A DNA stretch of 64,000 nt from a virus. Lineage: Duplodnaviria; Caudoviricetes. The notes beneath the pieces are model-generated. The model saw only the letters and a program-made list of their open reading frames with translations. It was not told where the DNA came from and ran no database searches. How positions within the stretch are numbered: position 1 is the stretch's first letter; the number at the start of each line of letters is the position of its first letter. Positions 51,374 through 61,555 of this stretch are shown here, piece by piece. Made by a program: the position numbers and the translations under genes. The stretch lies in IMG/VR virus record IMGVR_UViG_3300017780_003104, positions 147,725 through 211,724 of that record; one strand, written 5' to 3'.

Positions 51374-51459
51374 CAATGCCGACGCGACTCGAACGCGCAC
51401 TGTTCTTGCGAACTCCTGAGTGAAAGTCAGGTAGGGTTAACCAATTTTCTTACGGCATC
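51374..51459 (-). tRNA. tRNA-Glu(TTC) with long variable arm
   Basis: cctga-CTTTCAC-tcagg; variable arm gttc-gcaa-gaac. Confidence 0.85.
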
Positions 51460-51595
51460 GTTTACCGGATCATTATATTCCGGTTTTAATTAATACATTT
51501 GTCAATCACACTCCATGTGAACGCACTGGTAGCTGACTAAGTGCTGCTTGGGTGTTTCAGGCACTCCCTCGTCTTAAGCCTCCAATCCTATTAAT

Positions 51596-51630
51596 AAAAA
51601 AGCCCCTTATTTTATTAAGGGGCCGTTTTT
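51596..51630. terminator. intrinsic terminator (bidirectional-looking)
   Basis: A-run, gcccctta/taaggggc hairpin, T-run. Confidence 0.75.
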
Positions 51631-51742
51631 AAATTTATATAAATAATTACAAAACAACCCATCAACAATCCATCGGATTGTTCCCGCGATATTCGCTAAA
51701 TTGTTTTGTAATCATTGTATGCCCTTTTATTTAGTATTTGTT

Positions 51743-52396
51743 TTAAACTTTTTTAGTTTCATTTAAAACTTTTTTATCTTCCTCAGAAAATGCAGCGCAG
51801 GAAGCATATTGTAAATCGGTCTTAGCTGATCGCATTGCTGACATTTTGGTTCCTAAAAGGGTGAAAGTATCTAATGAATTCGCTGTGGAATATACAGAAC
51901 TATTTGCTGCATTAATACCCCAAGACTTAGCTTCATTAACTGACTTCAGATCAGCACCTAGAAATTGAAACTGCCATTTCCAAACATTGGTATGTTCATC
52001 AATAAGTTTCTTAATTGCATCTTTGGTGAATTCCTTAGATGAATTCTCTTCACCATCAGTCTGAATAAGCATAATGACTTTAGCTGGACGATCTACTTCT
52101 TTCATTTTCGCAAACTTCTCTCCAACCGAAACGATAGTCTTGCCAATTGCATCGAGTAGTGCCGTTCCACCGCGAGGGTTAACCTTCAATTTTTCATCAA
52201 CATTTTGAATGTCGGTAAAGTCTTCAACTAGATCGTATTCTGTATCAAATGCAGCGACAGTGAAAGTGCAATCGCCGGGGGCTGCTTTATTTTCCTTAAT
52301 AATTTGCTCGTAACCACCAACAACGTCGTTCCAGCAAGTAGCCATACTTCCGCTTCGGTCGATCACCATACTAATATGTGTATATTCTTTATTCAT
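51743..52396 (-). CDS. vWA-domain protein
   Basis: ISMVIDRSGSM, PRGGTALLDAIG, IQTDGEENSS; ATG at 52396. Confidence 0.88.
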   Translation of the reverse strand: MNKEYTHISMVIDRSGSMATCWNDVVGGYEQIIKENKAAPGDCTFTVAAFDTEYDLVEDFTDIQNVDEKLKVNPRGGTALLDAIGKTIVSVGEKFAKMKEVDRPAKVIMLIQTDGEENSSKEFTKDAIKKLIDEHTNVWKWQFQFLGADLKSVNEAKSWGINAANSSVYSTANSLDTFTLLGTKMSAMRSAKTDLQYASCAAFSEEDKKVLNETKKV

Positions 52397-52436
52397 TACT
52401 CCCAAATTTATCACATTGAATTGGGTTGTCAATGAA

Positions 52437-52631
52437 TTAAAAATCTTTTTCCATTTTTTTGAGTTTCGAGTAATACTCTGGATCTTCCGCAAGATGGTGC
52501 TTGGCAATTGTTTCAGCTATCTTTGGATTGGTGGTGTGCTCTTTCTCCACTGAGATTCCCATTTTAAGTTGTTTGGGATCATAATCAATCTTTGAATTGA
52601 CCTTTTTGAAAAATTTCTCAAATGAGTCCAT
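52437..52631 (-). CDS. small conserved protein (GISVEKEH..HHLAEDPEYY motif)
   Basis: motif recognised from large phage genomes. Confidence 0.6.
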   Translation of the reverse strand: MDSFEKFFKKVNSKIDYDPKQLKMGISVEKEHTTNPKIAETIAKHHLAEDPEYYSKLKKMEKDF

Positions 52632-53371
52632 AATTAATTAAGATATTTTTTATATAAATCTTCAAAGATAGCGGAATGCTCTCTCACCTCTATGTATCGT
52701 TTCTTGGTTAGAATCTTTATTAGATTTAACAATCCAACCATGAGATGTCTCTTTAACTGTGACTAATTCTTTTTTAATGGCATCTTTTAAAAGTTCCCTT
52801 ACAGCTTTTTCATCCCCGTGTCCACTTTTACCCTCATAAATTATATTAGTATAATCCGATAAATCAAATTTGGAAAAGTTATTAGGTTCTTTCGCTTCTT
52901 CTATTACGGGATCAGTCCCCATATTTTCATATAAACTTTGTAATGTTTTTCTCATAATCCTTTTATTTTATTTTTTAATTGGCCGAGTGCAAATACACCA
53001 GATTGATCTAATGTACTCACTGAATCTAAAGTCTCCAGTGCCTCTCCAATCATCTGCAATACAGTATTTTTACTAATCATTTGATCTTCTTCCTGTTCAT
53101 AAGGATTTTGTCCACTAGCCATACTTAATGATGCCATATTAGCTGGAGAATCAGCACTACCGAAGGTTCCCTTCATCATAAGACTATCATGGGTTTCCCT
53201 TGGTGCCATCCGGGAGCGACCATCTCCGGGTAAATTAGGGCTACTTGGACCCCACCCCTCAGTGTATAAATTTCCTAGTTCCTGTATCCACATATTACTA
53301 TTTAATCTAGTCGTAAAAGTTTCTATTTATCACATTGGATAGTTTTACATTAGCTGTGGAATATTGGGATT

Positions 53372-55771
53372 ATGAGAATAAATAATCCAACGAAACCGAT
53401 TGACATTCACTCTTTAAATGGTTTACTGAGTGACGGTCAAGACGACAATTTACAACATATGAGCATTAAAGCATTATCCGATTACACATTCTATTCTCGT
53501 TATGCGAGATACAACAAAGACAAAAAAAGAAGAGAAACATGGGAGGAAGCGGTAGGTAGGGTATTTGTGATGCATAGAACAAAATATGCAAAGCAAATCG
53601 AGGAGAATCCAGAATTGGATCAGTTATTACAGTTCGCACAATCGATGCAAAACAAGAAAAGAGTTCTAGCAGCCCAAAGAACTTTACAATTTGCAGGAGA
53701 ACCAATCTTCAAACACGAATTAAAAGTTTATAACTGCCTATTCACCCATATTGATCGGGAACGAGTATTCCAAGAAATCATGTATTCTCTCCTATGTGGA
53801 TGCGGTGTAGGATTCTCGGTTCAAAAACAACATGTAAAACTGTTGGGTAGAATTGATAGACTTGCAAAAGATTCTATTAAAACATATAAGATTGAAGATT
53901 CTATTGAAGGATGGGCAGATGCCGTGGGGGTTCTGATGGAGTCTTATTTCAGAAAATCTGAATGGTTTGGATCATTTCATGGATGTGAAATAGAATTTGA
54001 TTTTTCAGAAATAAGACCCGAAGGTTCTCTAATTGCTGGACAATTTAAAGCACCGGGACATAAAGGCTTACAATCATCCTTAGAAAAGATTAAGAAAGTT
54101 ATTGAAACCAGATTAAATTCACCTGATTTTAGATCTGGTGAGTTTGCGAATAAACTTAGACCTATCGATGCATATGATATCATCATGCATATTTCAGATG
54201 CGGTATTATCTGGTGGTGTTCGTAGATCCGCAACACTTTGTCTATTCTCTCACGATGACGATGAAATGTTAAATGCTAAGATTGGAGATTGGTTTATATC
54301 TAATCCACAACGAGGACGTTCCAATAATAGTGCTGCTCTCCTAAAGGGGCATGTAACTAGAGAAGAATTTGCGAAACTCATGAAGTCTACTAAAGAATTC
54401 GGAGAACCGGGATTTATTTGGATGGACGATTTGGATATTGGATATAATCCATGTGTTGAAATTGGTATGTATCCCAAGACCAGAGATGGTCGTAGTGGCT
54501 TTCAGGGCTGCAATCTCACGGAGATAAATGGTAAATGGTGCGACACTAAGGAAAACTTCTTAAAGGCTTGTGAAGCGTCTGCTATCATTGGAACCCTACA
54601 AGCAGGATATACAGACTTTAAATATTTAAGTAAAGAGACTACAGAGATTTTTGCAGAAGAAGCATTGTTGGGATGTTCTATTACTGGTATGATGGACAAT
54701 CCAGATATTCTCTTCGATGAAGAAATTCAACGCGAAGGTATTAAATTTATCATCGACACTAATACTAAAGTAGCTAAGATGTTAGGTATCAATCCAGCTG
54801 CAAGAGCGGGCTGTGTTAAACCAGCTGGATCTACTTCATGTGTCCTTGGAACTGCATCTGGTATTCATCCACATCATGCTAAACGTTATTTGCGTAGAGT
54901 TCAGGCTAATAAGAGCGAATTCTGTTTGCAAGAAACTGAGAAAAGAAATCCAGCAGCAGTTGAAGAATCAGTATGGTCAACAAATAAAACAGATAAAGTT
55001 ATATCATTCTTATGTGAAGTTCCACCGGGAGCTATTGTTAAGAATCAGTTAAAGGCAGTCGAACTTTTAGAAAAGGTGAGAACAACCCAAAAGAATTGGG
55101 TTGAGTATGGGACTGTTATTGAACGCTGCGTTAATCCAAAGACACGACACAATGTTTCAAATACCATTACAGTAAAATCTGACGAATGGGATGATGTTGA
55201 AGATTTCATTTTCGACAACCAAAAATGGTTTGCTGGTATTTCATTATTATCAGCATCGGGAGATTTGGATTATGCTCAAGCACCATTTGCAACTGTATTA
55301 ACTCCAAATGAGCTTGTTAAAGAATATGGTGACTCGTCAGTATTCGCATCAGGTCTGATTGTGGATGGTTTGGCAGCATTTGATAGTAACTTATGGAGAG
55401 CATGTGACACCGTTCTTGGATATGGTGAAGACTTATATTCGGAAGGTATGACAAAACCCGAATATCCATCCAGAAAAAATAATAAAGAATTGGCTGAATA
55501 TTTCCTATCTAGAGATACCTACGATGAATGGTTCGCTAAAGTCGATTGGGTTCGTAGAGTTAAACAATTTTCAGATAGATATTTTGATGGGGATCTTAAA
55601 CGCTCCACTTATTGCCTCAAGCATGTATCCTTATGGAAAACATGGTGTGATCTTAAGCGTGAATACGTTGAATTAGATTGGACTCAAATCACGGAAGATC
55701 ATGAGAGTCATGTCAATGCAGATACAATGGGAGCGCAAGCTTGCAGTGGTGGTAGCTGCGAAATTCTATGA
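53372..55771 (+). CDS. nrdJ: ribonucleotide reductase large subunit, probably class II (B12-dependent)
   Basis: GCGVGFS, GVRRSA, NPCVEI, CNLTEIN, KPAGS, C-terminal CSGGSCE; single Tyr where class I has YY. Confidence 0.8.
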   Translation: MRINNPTKPIDIHSLNGLLSDGQDDNLQHMSIKALSDYTFYSRYARYNKDKKRRETWEEAVGRVFVMHRTKYAKQIEENPELDQLLQFAQSMQNKKRVLAAQRTLQFAGEPIFKHELKVYNCLFTHIDRERVFQEIMYSLLCGCGVGFSVQKQHVKLLGRIDRLAKDSIKTYKIEDSIEGWADAVGVLMESYFRKSEWFGSFHGCEIEFDFSEIRPEGSLIAGQFKAPGHKGLQSSLEKIKKVIETRLNSPDFRSGEFANKLRPIDAYDIIMHISDAVLSGGVRRSATLCLFSHDDDEMLNAKIGDWFISNPQRGRSNNSAALLKGHVTREEFAKLMKSTKEFGEPGFIWMDDLDIGYNPCVEIGMYPKTRDGRSGFQGCNLTEINGKWCDTKENFLKACEASAIIGTLQAGYTDFKYLSKETTEIFAEEALLGCSITGMMDNPDILFDEEIQREGIKFIIDTNTKVAKMLGINPAARAGCVKPAGSTSCVLGTASGIHPHHAKRYLRRVQANKSEFCLQETEKRNPAAVEESVWSTNKTDKVISFLCEVPPGAIVKNQLKAVELLEKVRTTQKNWVEYGTVIERCVNPKTRHNVSNTITVKSDEWDDVEDFIFDNQKWFAGISLLSASGDLDYAQAPFATVLTPNELVKEYGDSSVFASGLIVDGLAAFDSNLWRACDTVLGYGEDLYSEGMTKPEYPSRKNNKELAEYFLSRDTYDEWFAKVDWVRRVKQFSDRYFDGDLKRSTYCLKHVSLWKTWCDLKREYVELDWTQITEDHESHVNADTMGAQACSGGSCEIL

Positions 55772-55956
55772 TAGATAAATGTATATGTCATAATAAAACA
55801 TTTTCTAAAATTTTAGAAGAAATGAAAGAACTTAGGATTACGTCATTAACAGAGGTTAAGCAGCACTTAAAAATATGTAATAAGTGCTGCTTATGTAATC
55901 CATATATAATAGAAATGTCTAAAACTGGACAAACAAAATTTAATAATATTTTATGA
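55768..55956 (+). CDS. BFD-like [2Fe-2S]-binding protein
   Basis: KCICH..ICNKCCLCNPYI. Confidence 0.65.
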   Translation: MIDKCICHNKTFSKILEEMKELRITSLTEVKQHLKICNKCCLCNPYIIEMSKTGQTKFNNIL

Positions 55957-56594
55957 TGAACTGGAAAAAACAAAACAAGTATAAAATGGATGTTGATGAT
56001 GATTCAATGCCGCAATTAGGCCCATTTATAATAAACACAGAACAGATGCAATCATCTGCGTCAATTAGAATGATGGATAATAAGATCTTCTTTTATGATG
56101 ATATAACCAATGATACTGTATTGGAGCTTAATCGATTATTGATTGAGACTGATATCAAACTTCAAAACACTAAGAATGTTCTTGGTGATTGTTTTGATCC
56201 GATTATTCATTTACATATTAAAACAGATGGTGGTGAAATACATTCAGCTATCTCAACATTGGATCTTATTCCAACTTTAAAATCAAAAGTATACACTTAT
56301 ATAGATGGGTGTGTCGCATCTGCTGGGACACTAATCAGTGTAGTGGGTAATAAACGCTTTATGGGTAAACATGCATACTTATTAATCCATCAACTATCCG
56401 GTGATATGTATGGTAAATTTTGCGAAATGGAAGATCAGATGGAGAACTCAACTAATCTAATGAAGTTCATTAAAGGTATATATAAACAATATACCAAGAT
56501 ACCAATGAAACAATTGGATGAACTCCTTAAAAGAGATTTGTGGCTAACTGCTGATCAATGTCTACTGTATGGTATTATCGATGAAATAAGATAA
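55953..56594 (+). CDS. ClpP-like protease subunit
   Basis: HIKTDGG, DGCVASAGTLI, LLIHQLS, RDLWLTADQCL.YGIIDE. Confidence 0.85.
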   Translation: MMNWKKQNKYKMDVDDDSMPQLGPFIINTEQMQSSASIRMMDNKIFFYDDITNDTVLELNRLLIETDIKLQNTKNVLGDCFDPIIHLHIKTDGGEIHSAISTLDLIPTLKSKVYTYIDGCVASAGTLISVVGNKRFMGKHAYLLIHQLSGDMYGKFCEMEDQMENSTNLMKFIKGIYKQYTKIPMKQLDELLKRDLWLTADQCLLYGIIDEIR

Positions 56595-56598
56595 TACC

Positions 56599-58254
56599 TT
56601 ATTCTGGTGGTTCTGGTGGGAATTCTACCTCCTCGACTCGTCTATGCACCTGTGGTAGAGATTGAGCGAGTGAGGTATACCCATTCATACCCTCGTCATG
56701 GGCAAATTTTCTAGTATCTGTATTCGCTGCGGTTAATCTCATTGGAATACCATTGTGGTGATGACTATGTGGATATGACACTATTATATCCTCTCTCGCT
56801 ATAGCATATACTGGATAAAAACTACCACCAATTTGGGCTTCACCTATTAATAATTGCCGATCAAGATCAGTTGCAAATCTAGAACCAACGATGGTATCTT
56901 CTGTTTCGTGAACTTCTATTGGTGCTGTTATGTGCTGACAGTATAGCTCACCTTCAACGTAAAGACCGCCACTAATAGTAGTATTACCATTGACACCCAA
57001 ACCACCTTCAATGTATACCTGACGATTGGTTCTTATAGTTATACATTTCATTGATTGAATATCAATATAATCCTCGGATGCTATTGTAATTCCATGATTA
57101 GCATTTAAATTTATTTGCTTACTTCCAACTTTAAATGATGTTGAACCAAGTTCCATGGTCCCTGTGGTTTTTAAATTAACTCCACCCGATCCTATTATTC
57201 TAGTGTATCGATTACCAATCACTTTATCATCATTTCCACATGGGAAAATAGAAGAGTTATCAATTTCTTCAACATGTGAAACATAATCATGGTTTAAAAA
57301 TACACCAACATCTGATATCAACATCTCTGATGGATGACTTCTACCTTTATCATCAATTCTAATGGATGGGTAATCGTTAAAAGCGGCACCTACTTGTTCA
57401 TATTTATGTCGTTTAGTGAACGAAGTTTCATCTCCACCGACTCCCATTATTTCTTCAATTGGATTTAGGGTATCTTGTAGTTCTACTATCTTATCACCAA
57501 CTTGAAGTCCTTCTGTATTTTCAGCCCATCCACCTTTCTCAGTCGAACATGATAATTCTCCACCAAATTCCTTAATAGCTGGTGAATCAGATCCATCAGA
57601 TCCAGCAGATTTTTCGAGAAGTTCTTTTGTTAACTTTCTACTATCAGCAGGAGTAGTAGTGTTTACACCCGCACCATCATAATCAACGACATATTTATAT
57701 GTCACTACATCATCTCTATCGTGTAGACGAACTGAGATTTTTTTAATTGGGGGTTCTTCTGATTGGAGATCATACCCCTCAAATTTATTCTCGACGGAGA
57801 ATATTTTATTATTAGATAATACTGGATTTTTTTTTCTATTTCCACCCAATGGTGTGCTTGGACCATTGGGTGCAGCCTCTATTCCACCTCTGAATATTTT
57901 AAATTTACTATTTATATCCGCTATGGGTTTATATGCCTGTTTCCAATCTTCGAACGCTTGTATTTCTTGTTCTTTTGCGAAACCCTTTAAGTTGTAAGTA
58001 TTCTCTCCAGTCCTTAAGGTTAGATTTCGGTTTACATATATGGACCTATCTCTACCAATAGTTTCAAAGAAATCATTTGAGACTTTAGTTTGCTTATTAT
58101 TTGTAGCTAATTCTGAATTTACAGTATTGGTTAAACTGATATTAGACCCACTTCTCTGGGAAATTTGTATTTTTTCCTTTTCGGTTGTATTTGTAATATT
58201 AATACTACCACCTCTTTGATTTAAAATAAATCTATTTCTATATATAAGTCCCAT
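56599..58254 (-). CDS. baseplate spike (gp5 C-terminal-like) protein
   Basis: beta-helix-like G/N/T/S repeats; ends with HSHHH metal-binding tip motif. Confidence 0.65.
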   Translation of the reverse strand: MGLIYRNRFILNQRGGSINITNTTEKEKIQISQRSGSNISLTNTVNSELATNNKQTKVSNDFFETIGRDRSIYVNRNLTLRTGENTYNLKGFAKEQEIQAFEDWKQAYKPIADINSKFKIFRGGIEAAPNGPSTPLGGNRKKNPVLSNNKIFSVENKFEGYDLQSEEPPIKKISVRLHDRDDVVTYKYVVDYDGAGVNTTTPADSRKLTKELLEKSAGSDGSDSPAIKEFGGELSCSTEKGGWAENTEGLQVGDKIVELQDTLNPIEEIMGVGGDETSFTKRHKYEQVGAAFNDYPSIRIDDKGRSHPSEMLISDVGVFLNHDYVSHVEEIDNSSIFPCGNDDKVIGNRYTRIIGSGGVNLKTTGTMELGSTSFKVGSKQINLNANHGITIASEDYIDIQSMKCITIRTNRQVYIEGGLGVNGNTTISGGLYVEGELYCQHITAPIEVHETEDTIVGSRFATDLDRQLLIGEAQIGGSFYPVYAIAREDIIVSYPHSHHHNGIPMRLTAANTDTRKFAHDEGMNGYTSLAQSLPQVHRRVEEVEFPPEPPE

Positions 58255-58262
58255 ATTTTTTT

Positions 58263-59012
58263 TTAATTTTCGAAATTGTTTGGTTGATATATACTTACAT
58301 TTTTATCCCCAGATGTCGAATCTATTGCAGCAATACTTCTAAAGTCCTGCATGACTCCAAAATAAATAGGGAAATTTAAATCCCCTTCATAGTGAAAAAC
58401 CCAAACCTTTGAACCAACTTCTGGAACTCCTATAATACCTTTAGTATTATTTGAATGTTTATTTGGCCTATATGCATATGAATAAGGATTACAGACACCT
58501 AAAAAATCTGGTCTAAACTCGAATTCTTCATCTTTAACTGGAACTGCGAATGCATCGAAAATCGTGGTGATATCGTAATCATATAGAAATGCTGGTGCAA
58601 ATGATCCAGTATTCTCATCTGGCGGTGAACTATCATTCTTACTGAATCCATCCTTATAATTACAATCAGATATTGTAGCGATCTTACCATCCTTATAATA
58701 TCTAAAATTGGTAGACTCCCCCATTATTGGGTAACATGGTTCCGCCCATGGTATTGTATTACATATCTCTTCAAATATTTTCGTATCCTCCCAAGTCCCA
58801 TCACCACTATTGGCATTGGTTCCCGGTGTCTTTAACACAAAATGTTTGTGATCTTCTAACCACTCATCATACGGTTGATTAGTTATTTCTGGTATGTATA
58901 TCTTAACTCTATTGAGTTTATCTGGATCATTATTTTTTACAACAATTCCACGATAGAAAGAATTATCAACTCTACTATATTCATTTCCCGATCCTGAGCC
59001 TCTTACAAACAT
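58263..59012 (-). CDS. gp5/VgrG OB-fold baseplate hub protein
   Basis: YRGIVVKNNDP.KLNRVKIYIP, WAEPC, VPEVGSKVWVF..GDLNFP. Confidence 0.8.
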   Translation of the reverse strand: MFVRGSGSGNEYSRVDNSFYRGIVVKNNDPDKLNRVKIYIPEITNQPYDEWLEDHKHFVLKTPGTNANSGDGTWEDTKIFEEICNTIPWAEPCYPIMGESTNFRYYKDGKIATISDCNYKDGFSKNDSSPPDENTGSFAPAFLYDYDITTIFDAFAVPVKDEEFEFRPDFLGVCNPYSYAYRPNKHSNNTKGIIGVPEVGSKVWVFHYEGDLNFPIYFGVMQDFRSIAAIDSTSGDKNVSIYQPNNFEN

Positions 59013-59109
59013 CTATTATTATTTAACAACCAATAGTCGATATAATGCTGATCGCATAAAACTGAAGCTATAATTACCTACAATATATTGTGGGTAATAA
59101 TTGTCAAAT

Positions 59110-59143
59110 AAAAACACATCAGAAAATTACTCCTGATGTGTTT
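59110..59143 (-). terminator. intrinsic terminator
   Basis: aaacacatcag/ctgatgtgttt with A-run. Confidence 0.7.
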
Positions 59144-59174
59144 AAATATTTAAAAATGGACGAAAAGTGTCTAT

Positions 59175-59555
59175 TTATGCATATCCTAGATTTCTCAATC
59201 TACGCTTATTTGGATCTATAACGTCAACAGAACCGACACTCATGGCAGATGTAGGTGCAACTGCTAAGGCTGAATTATGAGTATATAAAGTATATGTGTT
59301 AAGATTATTAGATGGAACTTTAACTAGAGCCATTGTAGCACCTTGATACGCTGTGTCGATTCTGAATAGAGAACCTTCAATTGTAACATTAGTCAATGTA
59401 GAATTTAAAGATGTGACTGAATTAAATGTGATTCCTTCATCTAAGGTAGATAGACTTAAAATGTTTACACCACTACCAGAAAGGGAGGTTCCAATAAGAT
59501 TTGGAGATCCTGTTTTTTGAGAGGAAAGTAAAATTGTGTTGAATGAGTAAGGCAT
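59175..59555 (-). CDS. hypothetical S/T-rich (possibly structural) protein
   Basis: ORF track. Confidence 0.5.
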   Translation of the reverse strand: MPYSFNTILLSSQKTGSPNLIGTSLSGSGVNILSLSTLDEGITFNSVTSLNSTLTNVTIEGSLFRIDTAYQGATMALVKVPSNNLNTYTLYTHNSALAVAPTSAMSVGSVDVIDPNKRRLRNLGYA

Positions 59556-59596
59556 GTTATTATTTAGTTATTTCGATTAAATTATTAAATATAACT

Positions 59597-61555
59597 ATGA
59601 GGTTTGAAGAAATATTACAGCATTACGTAATTGAAGAGGCTATATCTTTAAAAAATGCTAAAAAGAAAATGCTTTCTAAAAAGTATTCGGGGGCATATAA
59701 TGAGAGTTTAGATGAAGTATTTGGAAGTAAGAATAGAATAATTTCAAGAATTAATATCGATTATAGTAATTTAAATAGTCCCCTAATGAGAAGAATTGAT
59801 GACCTTTTGGATGATGAGGGTTATACGGTCGGTGATATGTCATCATATATCAAGGGATTTGCATATAAAACAACGGGTAGAGATGAGTATGGATTCTCGA
59901 TAACTGATAGTAAAAATCCGGTAAAAATTGGAAAACTTCTTCAGAGATATGAAGCAGATGGGCAGATTGAAGTTACCGATAGAAAAGATGGAAAGAAAAC
60001 TACTAAGTGGATTACTGGAAAACCATTATTACACGAATTTAAAAATGACCCGATTCGTTCATCCAATGGTGAATTCTTGGTGGTTATATCAAGACACCCG
60101 TATGATATAGCGGGAGCATCCACAGATAGAAGTTGGACATCATGTATGGATTTAGGATTACCACGAATAAATTATCCCAAAACTAAACAGAATGAAGGTA
60201 TAAATAGAAAATATATTCCAAAGGATATTGATGAAGGAACTTTGGTGGCTTATGTAGTTCCAATGGATGAACTATATGAAGGTCCGAATGGGGAGGAAAA
60301 AGTAAAATTACAAAAACCATTATCTAGAATTTTGTTAAAACCTCATAATTCAGATGTTGGAAAGGTTTATACCGTGGGGGAAAGATATGGGGCATCGTAT
60401 CCAGAGTTTTACCAAAAGGTGAAAGAGTGGACATCTAAGACTCTAAATAATAAGTTAAAAGGTGGAGAAAAGATTTATAAAAATCCAGCACTATACAATG
60501 ATGGAGATACCCCAGTCGATTTTGAATTTAATACTGGTAATGCAGTAGCCGATGAGGTTATGACCGACTTGTTAAATCACAACAACGAAAAGGAAGTTGG
60601 AAATCAGATAACATTTGAAACTACTAACAATGGACATGTGACAGGTATAACAATGAAAATTGTTATAGAGTTTGGGAAAGATATGGTTAGATCATTTGAT
60701 TATTTGGTTGATATGTATTCGGTGGATAATAGTATTAAGTCAGAGTATGAGAAAAGAATAGGAACTGCAATATTTCAAAATTTAAGGGGTAGAAGTGGAA
60801 GAGGATTTAATGATGGTTCTCCGAGAATTACTGTAATTTCTTTAGGTGATGGAATTGAAATAGAAGTCGAATGTAATATTCAAGTGTCTCATGAAGAAGA
60901 CAAATATATAGACGATGATGTTATTTGGAATAATACTTATTATCCAATGGAGTGGTTAAAGAATTTTGATTATAGACAATTGAAAAGAGAGTTATATAAA
61001 ATATGTTCCACTTATGATTGGAAATCTCATGACGAGGGAGTAACGAATAGCATTAATGAGGCACTAGGATTTTATAAGGATGTTCTTGAAAATTTTCCTA
61101 AATTTTATCCAAAGGGTAATATTTCGTTTCAGTCATTGGAAGTTATAAGTCCTCTAGAAGTATTGAAGTTGGATGAAACCACTATAAAAAATGCACATAA
61201 CTTTTTATATCACACTGTGAGAGCATTCGAAACCCTGTCAAATCATATGTCATTGGTTGAAAGGAAGCAAAATTATTCCTTTGATAGGGATGATAGATAT
61301 GTTAATGCAAAACACGAAATCTTTTATGAATGGTTTAAGAGAACATTTAATGTGGATTTAGTAAACTATAAAGATGAAACTGAAAGATTGTGGAAAATTA
61401 CTAATGTATTTGATTTGGTTAAAAAATTAAGAGAATCTGGTGATCCATTGAATATAGAAAAAAGTGAATTGTTGATGGATATCAGAGAAGAACAGAATAA
61501 AATTATTAATTATATTCGCAGATTTATAGGATATATGGGTGAGATTAAGATTTAA
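59597..61555 (+). CDS. large uncharacterised protein (paralogue of 31420-33495)
   Basis: ATG at 59597; ISRHPYDIAGAST..SCM..LVAYVV..PLSRILL. Confidence 0.75.
   Translation: MRFEEILQHYVIEEAISLKNAKKKMLSKKYSGAYNESLDEVFGSKNRIISRINIDYSNLNSPLMRRIDDLLDDEGYTVGDMSSYIKGFAYKTTGRDEYGFSITDSKNPVKIGKLLQRYEADGQIEVTDRKDGKKTTKWITGKPLLHEFKNDPIRSSNGEFLVVISRHPYDIAGASTDRSWTSCMDLGLPRINYPKTKQNEGINRKYIPKDIDEGTLVAYVVPMDELYEGPNGEEKVKLQKPLSRILLKPHNSDVGKVYTVGERYGASYPEFYQKVKEWTSKTLNNKLKGGEKIYKNPALYNDGDTPVDFEFNTGNAVADEVMTDLLNHNNEKEVGNQITFETTNNGHVTGITMKIVIEFGKDMVRSFDYLVDMYSVDNSIKSEYEKRIGTAIFQNLRGRSGRGFNDGSPRITVISLGDGIEIEVECNIQVSHEEDKYIDDDVIWNNTYYPMEWLKNFDYRQLKRELYKICSTYDWKSHDEGVTNSINEALGFYKDVLENFPKFYPKGNISFQSLEVISPLEVLKLDETTIKNAHNFLYHTVRAFETLSNHMSLVERKQNYSFDRDDRYVNAKHEIFYEWFKRTFNVDLVNYKDETERLWKITNVFDLVKKLRESGDPLNIEKSELLMDIREEQNKIINYIRRFIGYMGEIKI

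Larger units (their letters stand above)
44850..51493 (-). promoter_or_regulatory. minus-strand copies of ATTAAAACC-N4-TAnnnT promoter (about 6)
   Basis: e.g. near 44855, 47485, 47735, 47975, 48530, 51475. Confidence 0.8.
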
